NCBI RefSeq assembly: GCF_009914755.1
Contig: NC_060930.1
Origin: the human T2T-CHM13v2.0 reference genome, Homo sapiens
Reading direction: 5' to 3' (one strand)
Length of the DNA stretch: 64,000 nucleotides
Shown here: piece by piece, positions 29,956-44,094 of the stretch
How positions within the stretch are numbered: position 1 is the stretch's first letter
Layout of the letters: each line of letters begins with the position of its first letter
Position numbers and translations under genes: made by a program
Notes under the pieces: model-generated
What the model was told of the DNA's origin: nothing
What the model saw: only the letters and a program-made list of their open reading frames with translations
Databases searched by the model: none

Positions 29956-30774
29956 ATGTAGTATATATGCACCATGGAATACTATGCAGCTTTCAAAAAG
30001 AATGAAATCATGTCCTGTGCAGCAACGTGGATGGAGTTGGAGGCCATTATTCTAAGTGAAATAACTCAGAAACAGAAAATCAAATACTGCATGCTCTTAT
30101 ATGTAGGACCTTATAAGAAAATTATGTGAATACATGAACATAAAGATGGAAATAACGGACATTGGAAACTCTAAAAGTGGGAAGGGAGGAAGGGGGTTGA
30201 AAGTTCAAGGAACTACCTATTTGTTACAATGTTCACTATTTGGCTGATGGATAACTAGAGACCCAACCTTACCATTATGCAATATATCCAAGTAACAAAC
30301 TTGCACATGTAACCCCTGAATCTGAAATAAAATTTTTAAAAAGAAGATAATAAAAAAAGTTAGAAAGAAATGTTTTCTCATTACCTGGGCTTTTCCACAC
30401 AGTAATATATCTAGGCCAACAGGATCATAAGTGACACAGCATTATCACTGATACAGTGCTTCTCTGGAATTTTTTTCTAAGTCAACAATATCCACTGATG
30501 CTGATTTTTAAAAAAGCAAAATCTTGTCAGAAGTTATCGATAGAAATTTTCCCAACAATAATCAGGTAGTCATTAACAATGGCTCAACTTATGTAGTACC
30601 AACCAGGCACATGACTCGATTGAAGTGACAATGATATAAGCATCTATGAACAAACCTGGGCATTGCAGCTAATAACAACCACTTTACTGACACCAACAGC
30701 AAATGGGGATGCATTTAATTATAACACAGAGGCTGATATCAGTGATGTTAAAATATATTTTTTAAATGTACACC

Positions 30775-31162
30775 TGAGATGATTTGGCTCTATGTCCCCA
30801 CCCAAATCTCATGTTGAATTGTAATTCCCAATGTTGGGGGAGGGGCCTGGTAGGAGGTGATTGAATTATGGGGGCAGATTTTCCCCTTGTTGTTCTCATG
30901 ATACTGAGTGAGTTCTCACTACATCTGATAGTTTAAAAGTGTGTGGTACTTTCCACTTCGCTCTCTCTTCCTCCTGCTCTGGTCACGTGAAGACGTGTCT
31001 TGCTTCCCCTTCGCCCTTCTGCCATGATTGTAAGTTTCCTGAGGCCTTCCAGCTGTGCTTCCTGTACAGCCTGTGGAACTGTGGGTCAATTAAACTGCTT
31101 TTCTTCACAAATTACCCAGTATCCAGTGGTTCTTTATAACAGGGTGAGAACGGACTAATACA
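30775..31162 (+). mobile_element. MSTA-like MaLR solo LTR
   Basis: tgagatgatttggctctatgtccccacccaaatctcatg...ggactaataca; TSD acacc/atacc. Confidence 0.88.
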
Positions 31163-32325
31163 ATACCTTAGAAGCAAAAGAAAGGTATATTGCAAAAAAG
31201 ACTTTGCAGCCCTATAATACACCCAACAAAATGTTTGTGATGAGTTCCCCGTTAACAGGGCAATTATTTTTTCTATGATGTTAGACTCAGTTTGTCTCTC
31301 ACTCTAATCTAACTGAGCATTTTGTGTCCTTTTAGGCTCTGCCCCCATCAGCATTCTGCATGCCCTGTGGAGGAAGGCAGAAGTAATGTTCTACGTTTAT
31401 GCCTTCTGGCATGGAAGGAGAGCACTCTTCAGTTAGAGTCTAAGCTGGAGCATGTTATAGTATGGTTCTCTTCATCAGCTTGGGGTGCAAATGAAGTCAC
31501 GTTCTTTAGTGTGGTTTTTTTTTCAATTAGTAACCCAAGCAGGAAGTCTTCTGCTTGAGACCGCCCCACTCCTGAATTGTCTGATGGCACCGAGGGTAAA
31601 TTACTTCATTCAAGTCATTCTGCTTCTAAGTGCCAGTTGGAGGGTTGAATAGGAAAATTTGGAAGCTGGTGGTGGTCCTGCACAATGCTCAAAAACACTT
31701 TCCCACTGAAGTGATGCTTACAGGCCAGGATCCCTGAAGGGCTAGTGTTGCCCATCTTTGGGGCTTCCTGCTTCCACTCCTGCAGGCCACACCCACTTGT
31801 GAACCAAATCCACTGTGGGAAGTGGTTCCAAAGTCAGCTGCCAGTCCCAATTCCACATGGTGCCTATACACTTGGCCCCTAGTGTTGGGCTGGGTTGACT
31901 TCTCCTTCCAATACAGTGAGTTCCACTTCAGGGACTTTGGAGTCCTTTCTGACCCATGGACCTCAGCTGGGACCATCCTAACCTCTCAGTTTGATTCTAA
32001 TCAAGTTGATTCTGAAAACGAAAGTCACCAGCATCTCAATCCCTTTCATTCCAAAACATTCCTGATTCCTCCACAGCATCATTCTTCTTCTACAATGTGA
32101 TCACCTGTGCACACCAAATGATGTCTTCATGAAGCAGTCTTCATCAACCACAAATTTTCCATTTTATTCCTTCCTTAGGATACTTGGTACCTCCTCATCC
32201 TAGAATATGTAATTTAGAGGCATCTTCCCAGTGATTCCTCAAAGGTCTGCCAAAGTGAATTCTTGGCCCACCTTTTTGAAAAAGAATTGCTGGAAAATGT
32301 TCTTACTAAAAATATTAAGTTCTTG

Positions 32326-32649
<324 letters not shown>

Positions 32650-32673
32650 TTATCTTTCACCAGGGACCCTCTG

Positions 32674-32712
32674 ACACACACACACACAAACATACACACA
32701 CACACACACACA
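32674..32712. repeat. Interrupted (CA)n
   Basis: Seen directly. Confidence 0.9.
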
Positions 32713-32956
32713 ATGTTTTGTCCCTACCTTTGGCTTACACAGGGGTGACATGACACTTCTTGGTTAACTGCAAACCTCATTAACCATCCTTCCCTGATCA
32801 TTGCAGCTTTGAGGTTTTCCAATTTTGTTTTTACTTAATGTTTTATATAGCTTATACTTAGTAATTATAATGCATGTGTTAGTAGTTACCCTAAAATTGA
32901 GGCAAAATTTTTAAAATAAGCAACTTTAAAAAATTTACCATAAAATTTAAGAATCA

Positions 32957-33269
<313 letters not shown>

Positions 33270-33409
33270 CTATATATATATATATATATAAATGTATAAA
33301 ATATACACACACAATTAGCTTTGAAGGATAGATTTTCCTCATTTTGACACTGATAAAACAATTAAATACTATAAAAATTCATCTTAGTATAGCCAACCTG
33401 TGAAAAAAC

Positions 33410-33895
33410 TTGGAGGAAACTTAAAGTCATATTGCTAAGTGAAAGAAACTGATCTGAAAAGGTTGCATACTGTCATATGATTCTAACTATATGACATTCC
33501 AGAAAAGGCAAAGCTATGGAGATAGTTAAAAAGATCAGTGATTTCCAGAAGGAGGAAAGAACAGGCAGAGCACAGGGTATATTCAGGGCAGTGACAATAG
33601 TCTGTATGATACTATAATGGTGAACACATCTCGTTATACATCTGTCTAGACCCATGGAATGCGCAACACCAAGAGTGAACTCTAATGCAAACTAGGGCTT
33701 TTTGTTCATCATAATCTATCAGTATTGGTTCCTTATTTGTAACAAGTGTACTACAATACTGCAAGATATTAACAACAGAAGAAACTGTAGGGGAAGGTAA
33801 GGGCTAAATGGAAACTCTCTGTACTTTCTGCTCAACTTTTCTGTAAACTTAAAGCTGCTCTAAAGATAACATTTATTAGTTAAAAAATTTTAAAA
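33410..33895 (+). mobile_element. L1MC 3'UTR fragment
   Basis: ctaagtgaaagaa...atatgacattccagaaaaggcaaa...caacaccaagagtgaactctaatg...ctctgtactttctgctcaac. Confidence 0.8.
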
Positions 33896-35489
33896 GATCA
33901 GTTGACTATACAAGCACATCTTTAGGGTTCTGAACAAAAACCTATTTCTGAAATACTGAATTTGTACGGGGAAAAAAGCAATATTCAATTAAATATGATT
34001 GACTTACTAAAACATTACGTTAGGAACAAAAATGTAACATTTATTCCAAGAATATCTTCTGGGATCAGCTCCATTCTACTTCCACCATGCCTACATTTTC
34101 TAATTCTACTCTAGTTATGAATAAACATGAAGCTTGATACTCAGGAGTGAATACGCCCACGGCTTAAGCTGATTCTAGGTTCTAATAGAAACAACTCGTA
34201 GCTTGAAAGAGGTGTTGTTCTTTTACAATAAAGCAGAATCTGGTTCAATAATGTAAAAGCAGAGGTAGTCCTGCAGGAATTAGACTGTGTCATTTGATTT
34301 TTATGGGAGTTATTGTCTAATGAGAGTTAATGATTAAGCACATTTGGTTGTATTGTCTTTTGGTTGTTAACCTATTCTACAAAGTTTATTACAAAAAAAA
34401 AAAAACAAGAAAAGCATTTCACTTTCAACATTTTAAGTGATGCTATGTTGGAGTCTGTTTCTAATTATTTTAAGTTAAAAATTTTACATTTTAACAGATT
34501 TTTTTAAAAATCAGCGTTATTTTTTATAAATAGAAATCTATGAACTAATAGTATTGAAAATGTTTTGTACTAAATAAAGGGAGGCAAAAGCAAAAGTAAC
34601 TCAGAAAACACCAGGAAGCTACTTTCCTTTCACTCCGCTTTGTGAATCAAAGTTGAAAAGAAAACCAATAACATCATTGATAAATTTAAAATGAGAATTT
34701 TTTAATTTTATTTTTGTCATGATAGAATCGCTAAATCAACTCTGAGCCTGCTCCTTTAACGTGGAAATGACTGCAACCAGTAGTACAAAATTATGGAAAA
34801 AAAATTCACCAAATGGGATTTCATTTTAAAATGCAGATCCCATTTGAAGAGCTTCACAAAGGAACACTGCCTCTGACAAGTGGAGAAAAATCTACCCTTC
34901 AAAGCTAATTGTGGTATTAAAGTATGTATGAAAGAAAGAAAAATGGCATATAGCTATTAAAACTAGTTTTGTAATGCAGACACACTTTTTCATGGAAACA
35001 GTAACAACAGCCTCCAGGGTATGGGGGGCGGGGAGGGGCGTGTGTGCAGAATGAGCAAGAGGGAGATTCTTCCAGATGAATGAACAAATGAATGAATGCT
35101 TAAAAAAAAAATCCAAACCCAAAATTGTTTAAGGTGACTAATTAAGACCCCCTCTTAGAAAAGCTGTTGCTAGGTAAACAAAACTGTTTAAAACATGTTC
35201 ATCATTAAAGTGTCCCCTGACAGAAGGATGAGGCGGCAGACTTGGTGACAGAAGGGAGAAGAAGAGCGGCATATGGCCCCCAGTTCTGTCCCCTGCTGAC
35301 AAGCTGCCTCTCTGCAAGCCCCTTTAGCTCTGTATTCCATGCACACAGCAGATTGCTATGCCCCAACTTTCCCATCTGTACCCCAGACTCGTGTCCCCAC
35401 AACGTGGCTGCCATGCAGTCTTTGGCCCTGGGCTGCAGGGAGGGGGCAGGAAGAAGGGCTTCCACAGGATCTTGGGGGAGGATGGAAAG

Positions 35490-35830
35490 GGAGATTAACA
35501 ACCAATCATCACAATGCTATCCATAATGTATTGTCTCTGCAGCATTACATGGTACATTTCCAGTGGGGATTAGCCCATCCATCACGGGTCTTTATTGGCC
35601 CCCTTTTCTGTTGTTGCATAAAGCGCAAACACAGTTGTAAAATTCTAAACTGCTTAATTGCTGTGCTGTAAAAATTTGCATATCAGAGATATGTCATTCC
35701 ATCATTAAATTGCACTAGGTATTTGCTACAAGGTCCCAACAATCACGCCAGCGCACCCCTGAAGAAAGGTCATTTACTGGTATTATGCAAAATTTGTGGC
35801 AGAATTCAAATCAGTAGCAATTAGGGGTTT
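35490..35830. promoter_or_regulatory. Candidate developmental enhancer core
   Basis: Repeat-free; octamer ATTTGCAT (35674-35681), TTTATTGG, TAAT cores, SOX-like ACAAT/ATTGT and several retained CpGs; function is inferred. Confidence 0.35.
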
Positions 35831-37179
35831 GGATACTGTTGGATTCAGTGTATTTTGATGTCCTCTGGTTCAAGGCTCAGGGCGTGCTGACCCCCTTCCT
35901 ACATGATCGAAATAGTTAAGCAACATCTTCTGCCAGCTTGGTTTCTGGGCTATGAGTCCTTACAAACTTCTCACCTTCACCATCTGATAGGCGTTAGGAA
36001 AGTAAGCTGACTTTTGCACCTCGATTTTGTCTGTGATCAGATTATTGAAATAGCATTACCTAGGTAGCTTGCAGTGCCATACTCAGGCATTTGTGCACCC
36101 AATTTTATCCATGTAAGATGTAAGATAGAGGGAGAACTTGGGCAGGGCTAAGCCAGGGTGTTCAGTAGAAACACCTGTACTCAATGCTAGATAGAGATCC
36201 CGTAGCAGAGAGATGCCTTTGCAGTGGTGCCCCACCTCCGCAAGTCCCCCAGGGAAGGATGTGCCTGTGGGTGGAGGCAGCAGGAGGCTCCATGACCCGC
36301 TACTACTTCCCAGAACTTTTGATACTAACAGAGCTTGTCCTCTCCGTTGGGATGATTTACAGAGCCCCCTCAGCAGGGCTCCCTTCACTTAAAAGCAGCA
36401 ACTCTTGATTTACCCATGCCTGCACCCCTCTACCCAGGGTCAGAAGAATAACTAATGGGTAACTAATCCAATTGAAGCTACAACGGAGACCCTGAAACCA
36501 TCAGGGCTTCAGCTGGAATCCAGCCAGGACCCTCAAACAAATGCTGCATCTACTTGCAGCCTGACAACTTTCTGAAACCCAATGATCACGCTGGCATCTG
36601 AATGTCTGAAGTCAGCTGTGCTGACCCACAGAAATGGGGTCAAACTCCAGGCAGAATGGGGAGATGATACTCTTTGCCCACCGTCTCCACAGAGGAAGAA
36701 ATCAAAGATAAACAAACCATAAATATTCATACAGTGGGTGTATCTTGGTTATACAGGATTTTTACTTTCTTTATACAGTTTTGTTTTTTCCCCAAAATCT
36801 GTGCAAGGTGCATGTATTAATTCTATAATCAAGGGGGAAAGTTGTTTTGTAAAAGCAGCGGAGGCACCATACATATGCTTTCCTTATTGTGCCCTGGGGT
36901 AGAGTGTTAGTGTGGGCTCTGTGAGAAACAAGGGCAATTGAGCTTCCACAGCAGGCTACTCTAGGGACTCTTCAAGCTAGCAATAAGCACCACTCATTTC
37001 AGGGTATGTATGTTTTTTGAAAAAGGCAAAATGCATAAAAAATACAGGCCACTCTGGAACTTCTCATGAACTGTGAAAACTAAGATTTTTACCCAGGATG
37101 AGTGGCAGAAGGAAGGAAGGAGGGTTTGAGGAGGCAGTTAAAGAATCAACCTATTGGGGATATCTTGTCAAAGGCAATA

Positions 37180-37385
37180 ATAGTAATAATAATTAAAAAC
37201 AACAGCTAATACCTTTATATAGTGCCAGACATGGCTCTAAGAAGCTTTCATATATTAAGCCATTTAATACTTGTGACAACCCTATTAAGTAGATACTATT
37301 TGTATTCCTATTTTACAGATGAAGAAGCTGATGCGCAGAGAGGCTAATTAACTTTCCTGAGCTCACACAGCTAGTGGGTTGTACA
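37180..37385 (-). mobile_element. MIR
   Basis: cctattttacagatgaagaagctgatgcgcagagagg...cacacagctagt. Confidence 0.8.
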
Positions 37386-37394
37386 TGCCAAATC

Positions 37395-38110
37395 TAAATC
37401 CTTAGTTCAGAACTCCTTTCTAATCCATGTATAAATTGGCTCCCTAAGCAGCTTCACCTGGATATTCCAAGGGTACTTCATATTCAAAATGTTCAAATGG
37501 AAATCACCATATATTTCTGTGTCTGCATAACCCCCTTTACGTGCTCGACTTCAGTGAATGCCGTTGTTGACATTGTGTCACCCAGGACACAAACCTCAGG
37601 GTCTTTTTTGGATCTTCTTTTGTTTGCATTCACTTGCCTGTCGATGGTACCCTCCTAACACCTCTTTGGTGAGATTCTCTGTCTGTCACTGTCACTGCCA
37701 TAGATCAAGCCCTCACCGCACCATCGTTCAGAAGATTATCAATTTCTCTTGTCCTGAATGGCCCATCTCTTCAGTCTTGATTCCTTCTAATCCATTTTGC
37801 ACCCTGCCGAGTTTGTTTTCCAGAACATCAATCTTATCACGTCATATCCTCCCTACATTTTAAATGGCTTCCAAACTTCTTATAATAAAATAAAGTTTCT
37901 TATCATTCTCTAGATTCATTCTCACTGTTCTGTGTTGTAGAATCCGTATGCTGCAATGTTTCATACACTTTGCTCTTTACAAGTGTTTTCTCCTGCCAGG
38001 AATGCGCTCTGCTCTGCTGGAAGAATTCTGCTTAATCTCTAAGATGTGCTTCCACTGTGAAGCCTCCCCTGACACCACCCCGCCCAGACCAAGGCAAAAT
38101 TAATACCTGT
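37395..38110 (+). mobile_element. L2 fragment
   Basis: Degenerate pyrimidine-rich L2 body (cacctggatattcc...cttctaatccattttgcaccctg...aatggcttcc). Confidence 0.6.
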
Positions 38111-38120
38111 TCTCTATATT

Positions 38121-38380
38121 TCTGCTATCCCATGTACATCTAGGTTACACCTGCTATTCCCTGTTCATCCCATGTATATCTAAGTGGCATCTGCTGTCCC
38201 TGTACATCCCAAGTACATCTAAGTGACATCTGCTATCCCCTGTATAGCCACATAGATCTAAGTTACAGCTGCTATTCCCTGTTCATCCTAGTTACATCTA
38301 GGTGACATCTCTATGCCCTGTATAGCCACATACATCTAAGTTACATCTGCTTTTAACTCTGTGTGCCATGTACATCTAAA
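38121..38380. repeat. Diverged minisatellite, ~39-40-bp unit, about 6.5 copies
   Basis: ATCTA anchors at 38138, 38178, 38217, 38256, 38296, 38334 and 38374. Confidence 0.9.
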
Positions 38381-39196
38381 TTCCTCTCAGGTAGTGTCCA
38401 AGGAGACAGAGCTGTATCAAATGTACTAAGGAACTAAGGGGACCAAGAGGAATCAATTCCAAGAGAAAGGAATCTTAATGGAGAAATCTGTGAGCCCTGA
38501 AGGGAGAACTGTCACCAGTGTCCAGCAGACTTCCAGGGAGATAGACTTTCCTGGGTGGTAAGTCAAGACACCTTGGTCAGACTTGCAAAAAGAAGACTGT
38601 AGAAAGCCGAAGGAAGACAGGAACAGACCAGCAACACCCAGCAGTGCATGGCTGGTCACACCACTGGGGCAGGCAGGGGGTCACGATGGTGGGGTGAGTG
38701 GTCCATACTAATTGTAAGTCACATCAGGAGACTGCCGATTGAGCATCCTGCTTGGTGACTATAGAGAGACTGTGAAACTTTAGGTTAACTACTTCTGTCT
38801 GTTGCTGAAAATACGTTCATTTGAGCTATCCTATCTTTTCATTCTTTTTGAGATTTACTTGAAATTTAGGAATTTGTATCAGCCTATTTCATTCTGTAGT
38901 GCAGATATTAACCTAGGATTCCATCAAGGGCTGGAGCCAAGAAAAGTGTCACCCACTATGAAATCCTCCCCACACCCAGTATCATGGTTGTCCCTGACGC
39001 AGCAGTTACAAGTGCGACTTGAGGAACTGGAATGCCTGTGCCTCCCAGCATCTCCCTCATCAGCCTCATATAGTGACTTGAAGTCCTACAAACTTATACT
39101 CTACTCTAAAATTAAAAAATAGTCTCCAAAAATCTCTTTTGCTAAAATTAAAATGTTATCTGAGTGTAATAACAGATTGACATTTCAAAATACACT

Positions 39197-39593
39197 TGCT
39201 AAATGAAGTTTAGCCTAAAGCTTCCTCCTTACATATTTTAAGTTTGGCCTAAAGATTTTTCTGTACATCAGGAGCTATAATCTAAATAGAGCTGTAAACA
39301 GACTGTAGCCTACTCTTCTACCAGTCATTGAATTTTGGCCAATCAAAGTGGTCAACTGTTCAATCCATGTTCATATAAGACAGACGCCAAGCTGTAAATA
39401 ATCTGGCTATTTCTGTACCTCACTTCCATTTTCTGTACATCCTTTTCCTTTTTCTGTTCATAAATCTTCCACCACGTGGCTGCACTGGAGTCCCTCAGCC
39501 CAGTCTGGCTGAGGAGGCTGCCCAAATTGCTAATCGTTATTTGCTCAACTAAACTCTGTTAAACTTAATTCAGCTAAGGTTTTTCTTCTAACA
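39197..39593 (+). mobile_element. MER57 ERV1 solo LTR
   Basis: tgctaaatgaagtttagcctaaagcttcctccttacatattttaag...ttctaaca; TG...CA ends; 4-bp TSD cact/tact. Confidence 0.85.
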
Positions 39594-39636
39594 TACTCAA
39601 CCTGCTAATTCTTCAGTTCCACTTTAAAAACATTTG

Positions 39637-39987
<351 letters not shown>

Positions 39988-40827
39988 TAAAAACATTTAT
40001 TTCACATCTACCTTGTGCCAGGAACTGTGGTAGGTGCCAAGTATACAAAGACATGTCCCCATTCACTGAACCAAAGTAGCTTAAAACGTAAGAAGATATG
40101 CTTAACATATACTGAGTAATAAAATGGAAATTTGCACAAGATACATCAAATAAGTTGACTTCAGCCCAAACTTCTGAAAGACAGCTTGCTAGAGATTTCT
40201 CCAGAGCTGAACACTTATAAATTGATCAAACTAATGAGTCAGAAAAAGGAAGTGTAATTGGAAGGGGTCTGGGGAGGTAAGGTGGGCAGCAAGATGTACT
40301 TACTGTCTGCAAAGTCTGTGAACAGCCTGGAAACTGAGAAAACCAGTCACCTCTCATAAATAAGTGCTATGTCCCCATATTTGAATAAAAGTCACCCAAA
40401 AGAAGGTGGAAAAGATCACTGATACCAATTTTTCTGAATACTTTTAGCTGCTGGCATGACATCTGGTCCCACCAGGGTGGCCCTCTTGGCAGAGGGAATG
40501 ACCAGTAGTCATCATGGTTCACAATGGGTATTATTGGTGTGAAATAGTGAAAACTCTCAGTTTTGGTTCTAGTATTGTAGGTCTTCTACAAGTGGATACT
40601 CACAATTCTTCTTTTTAGTTATTTTCTATCTTGATAAAGCATTTGTCATTTTGCACATAATGCTTCTCTTATCTACATAGCTGATTTTAATTCTGAAACT
40701 TTTCCATGAGATCATCAAACTAAGGGAAGTTGGAGGTGGGGAGTGGGCAAAGGCCCTTCCCATATTCCTCACATTATGCTTAAGATCAGTGACAGTTGGT
40801 GTTTGAATGACCACAGTGTAGAAGTTC

Positions 40828-41330
40828 TCTATCAGTTAGGCTTATTGGTTGCAAGCAACAGAAACTGACTCTGGCCATGTTGGGGGAAAAGGAATTAACT
40901 GGTAGGATATCAGCATACGAAATGATGAGAAGCTGGAGACAAAACATAAGACATGGAAAGTGAATAGGAACTAAGGCATCTCTGGGAAAGAGCAGCTAAC
41001 ATATCTTCTGCCTTTTAGTGGACACAATCAGTCTTGTCAGAACACCAGGAGCTATTCCTGGTTTTGCATAGTGCAGCTGACACCTCTGAACACAACCCAG
41101 TATGTCCAAAGGGATCACAATTATTTCTCCCAACTTTGTAGATGTCCCCTGGATTTAGAGTCCTGGATGGTTGAATTTGAGTCACAGGTACATTCACTGA
41201 TTTCCTGGGGACATGGTAAGGGAGGCTTTCTCCCTTTCTTTCCACCTCAGTCCTGGGGGGCAGAACACTGTATCCCTCCAGTAGAGCACAATATTATGAG
41301 GATCCTCCCAACCAATAAGGGGTTGGGATA
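40828..41330 (-). mobile_element. Old MLT1 (J/K/L-type) MaLR LTR remnant
   Basis: tcagttaggcttattggttgcaagcaacagaaactgactctggc motif. Confidence 0.5.
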
Positions 41331-41891
41331 TTGGGAAACCTACCCCCTCCAGTTATTTTTTGTTCACTGGAAATTTTTTTATTGTACTTGCACTAGGCAG
41401 GCAATCATTAAAACATGATGTTCTATTTTTTTCTTTCTATTTTAAGAAGTGTAAACTTAAGAAATTGGAGGACTAGGAGAAACCAAACATAAAGCAAATA
41501 TTATCTATGATGGAAAGTTAAAGAAGTTGTATCTTTTATTCTAGAAAGAGAAGAGATTTAGAACAGGCATTGAAATCACTAACAATGGCTGAACATTGGC
41601 AAAAGCCATCTAAAACTTGGAGGATCTTTTCTCCAAAGATCCTTTGGGACACGTCTTCCTTGACATAGTTCCATATCAAATCAAGGACTGAATAAAATCA
41701 CTTCGAGATACTATAAGTCTTAGAAAACCCACTATTTCTTTCATCAGAATTTCCCACAACATAATAAATTTTCCTAATCAATTAGTGGTAATTATAAAAT
41801 ATTTAGTATGTGCTTACCATTTTCTAAGTATTTTAGAGAGTGTGGGAAGAAAGAAAAGGTCCTCTACTCCCATGGAGCAGAAATGATGAGC

Positions 41892-42380
41892 GTAGAGGAT
41901 ATTACGGATTGGTTCACAGTAACTCCATCCTTTTCTCCTCTCTGATGTTTTCTTGTACCACAGAAGCTGGAAGGCTAAAAATTACATTTTTTAGACTCCC
42001 TTTTTTTTAGAATTAGGATTCTGGGTACGAATTAAATTCTATCAATTAGAAATATTCACATGAAGTTTGGAAATGAGTCCAAGGTCATCTCTATGCCTTT
42101 TGACTATTTTTCAGCTGACAAGAGAGGGTAGGAAGGGTAGAAGTTTCTGCTGCAGTATTCCAGTATTTCTTCTTTAGCCTCCAGGGTGTCCAGAGGCAGC
42201 CACAACCATGGCTGCTTCCTAACTGCAGCTTCCTCATCCCCAGATTGAAGCTACAGTGGTACCTTCTTGGACTCAATGGTTCCAGAGTCTGTCTTTCCTG
42301 CAAGGTCAGATCTGTAGTGTTGTTGGAGTCATTCCTGGAGATTTGGCCTAAAAGTCCACTTCTTCAGCTTTCCTAACTTA
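41892..42380 (+). mobile_element. ERVL LTR remnant (LTR33A/LTR41-like)
   Basis: gaagctggaaggctaaaaattacatt...gactcccttt...ggattctgggtacgaatt. Confidence 0.5.
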
Positions 42381-42383
42381 TAT

Positions 42384-42958
42384 TGTTGGATAGGAGAAGG
42401 GAATTTTTTTAGTACACTGTGAAGGTGGTTACTGAAACTTTCCTAAGCCCTGGTGGCTAGCTCTGCTGAGATACAAGCAACACTACTTTAGAATTCCTCA
42501 GCCTAACTTCATATCAGAACCATCCATGAAGCTATTGTTGGGAAAGGCAATCTGCCATGGGTCCTGGGCATCCTTGTACATTCTGATTGGGTTGTGTTCA
42601 TAGCAAGTGGCCTTGATGAATAAGGTAACATCTCCCTCTGGGACAAAACTTTCCTTACAGACTTGCCTACTGCTTACTACAAAATTAGTGAATTCCTCAA
42701 GTTCAATATTCCTTAGCTGTGATGCAAGCCTACTGCATGTGCTCCATTTACCTGAGCCCCTCCACATTGCCCTGCTGGGAGTTGAGGGCAAGGGGAATGG
42801 ACACTGAACATGATGCTCATGCTACTTGCTGTACTGTGAATAATAGTAGCAGTCTGTTGTCTCTGACCCAGGAGTCTTATGTCTTCTGCCAGAATCTGTG
42901 AAACAGTAACTGGCTAGCTTGATAGCTTGCACATAGAGTATAATCCCAGACTTTGACA
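42384..42958 (+). mobile_element. ERV solo LTR (LTR47-like)
   Basis: TG...CA bounded; 3' end gtctctgacccaggagtcttatgtcttctgccag...agcttgc...cccagactttgaca. Confidence 0.5.
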
Positions 42959-43353
42959 GCTTCGAAAATCCATAATTCCCTGGTATCCTTTGCCCATCTA
43001 CTGAATAATAATCTCTAATGATAGGCCCTCAGGAATCTGTATTTTTAGAGGCTCAGCCAGATTTGAGAATCACTGGTGAAAGATAAAGGAGAAAGTGTCA
43101 GGATCCCTTGTTTCCACACACACACACATACACAGAGCTATACATCGAATTCACTAAGGACTATAAGTCTTGAAGGTACTACTGACCAATGAACTGTGAT
43201 GACAGCAGTGAAATGTAGTGCCCCTCAGAGTAGCAAGGAAAGAGCAGAAAAGTAGCAACAGTGCCAGGTGGGAGCAAACCTTTGAAAGGCACAAAAAACC
43301 CAATTCCGTTCCAAATTGCTACTGCACAAAATCTGTACCAATCAATGCAGCAT

Positions 43354-43393
43354 TCACTATAAGAAACAGAAACTCACTATAAGAAACAGAAAC
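43354..43393. repeat. Perfect 20-bp tandem duplication
   Basis: tcactataagaaacagaaac occurs twice in tandem. Confidence 0.95.
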
Positions 43394-44094
43394 CACTCTA
43401 GTTATTTTAAGCAGAAAGGTATTTAATACAGGGCATTAAATGCTTATATATTACTTTCAACTAATTTGCATCACAGCAAGAAAAACTGAGCTTGGGGAAT
43501 TCATTACTTTACTAGTAAGTGCTAAGTGAGCCTGCAAGTCCTTTTAAAGTCATCTCATCTATCAAGGCTGCCTCCTATAAACACAACCCTGGGAAGTGTC
43601 CTGGATAAAGAAAAATCAGGGCCTTGTATTCTGAACATACCCAGTCAATGTGCAGGGATGCCCAGTACTCATGGTGGATTGCCTCTTCCAACAATAGCTT
43701 CATAGGTTGTTCTGATATGAAGTCAGTTTGAAGGACTCTAAAGTACTATCACTGTACCTCGATCAATCCAGGCATCTGGACTCAGGGTAGTTTGAATAAC
43801 CACCTTCACAGAGTCACTCCTTTCATCCAACGGGAGACCGATTATTAGGTCAAACTCGTAGTCCAGGCTTTTTTCATTAGGAAAATATCTTTGTTAGGAG
43901 GCTCATCAGATTCCATCAGAAAAACTCTGGTTAGGTCACCCATCAGCTCACTGGCCATGCCCAAATATGACTGAACAGCTGGAGAGATGCCTGCAGTCTA
44001 AGTTCAAGTTGGGATCCTAACATATATCTATTTTATACAATTGAGATCACAATGTCTTTAATTTTTTATTCCTCAATTTTTACTAAACTTTATT

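Larger units (their letters stand above)
20800..30340 (+). mobile_element. Near-full-length, inactive L1PB (PB3/PB4-like) with nested THE1 and Alu
   Basis: GC-richer 5'UTR (~20.8-22.5 kb), ORF1 and ORF2 remnants, and an L1PB-type 3'UTR ending aacttgcacatgtaacccctgaatctgaaataaaa; 5' boundary approximate. Confidence 0.85.

Noticed and set aside
38121-38380. CRISPR-like periodic array
   Set aside because: The inter-repeat parts are homologous to one another rather than unique spacers; primate DNA with no cas genes; it is a minisatellite
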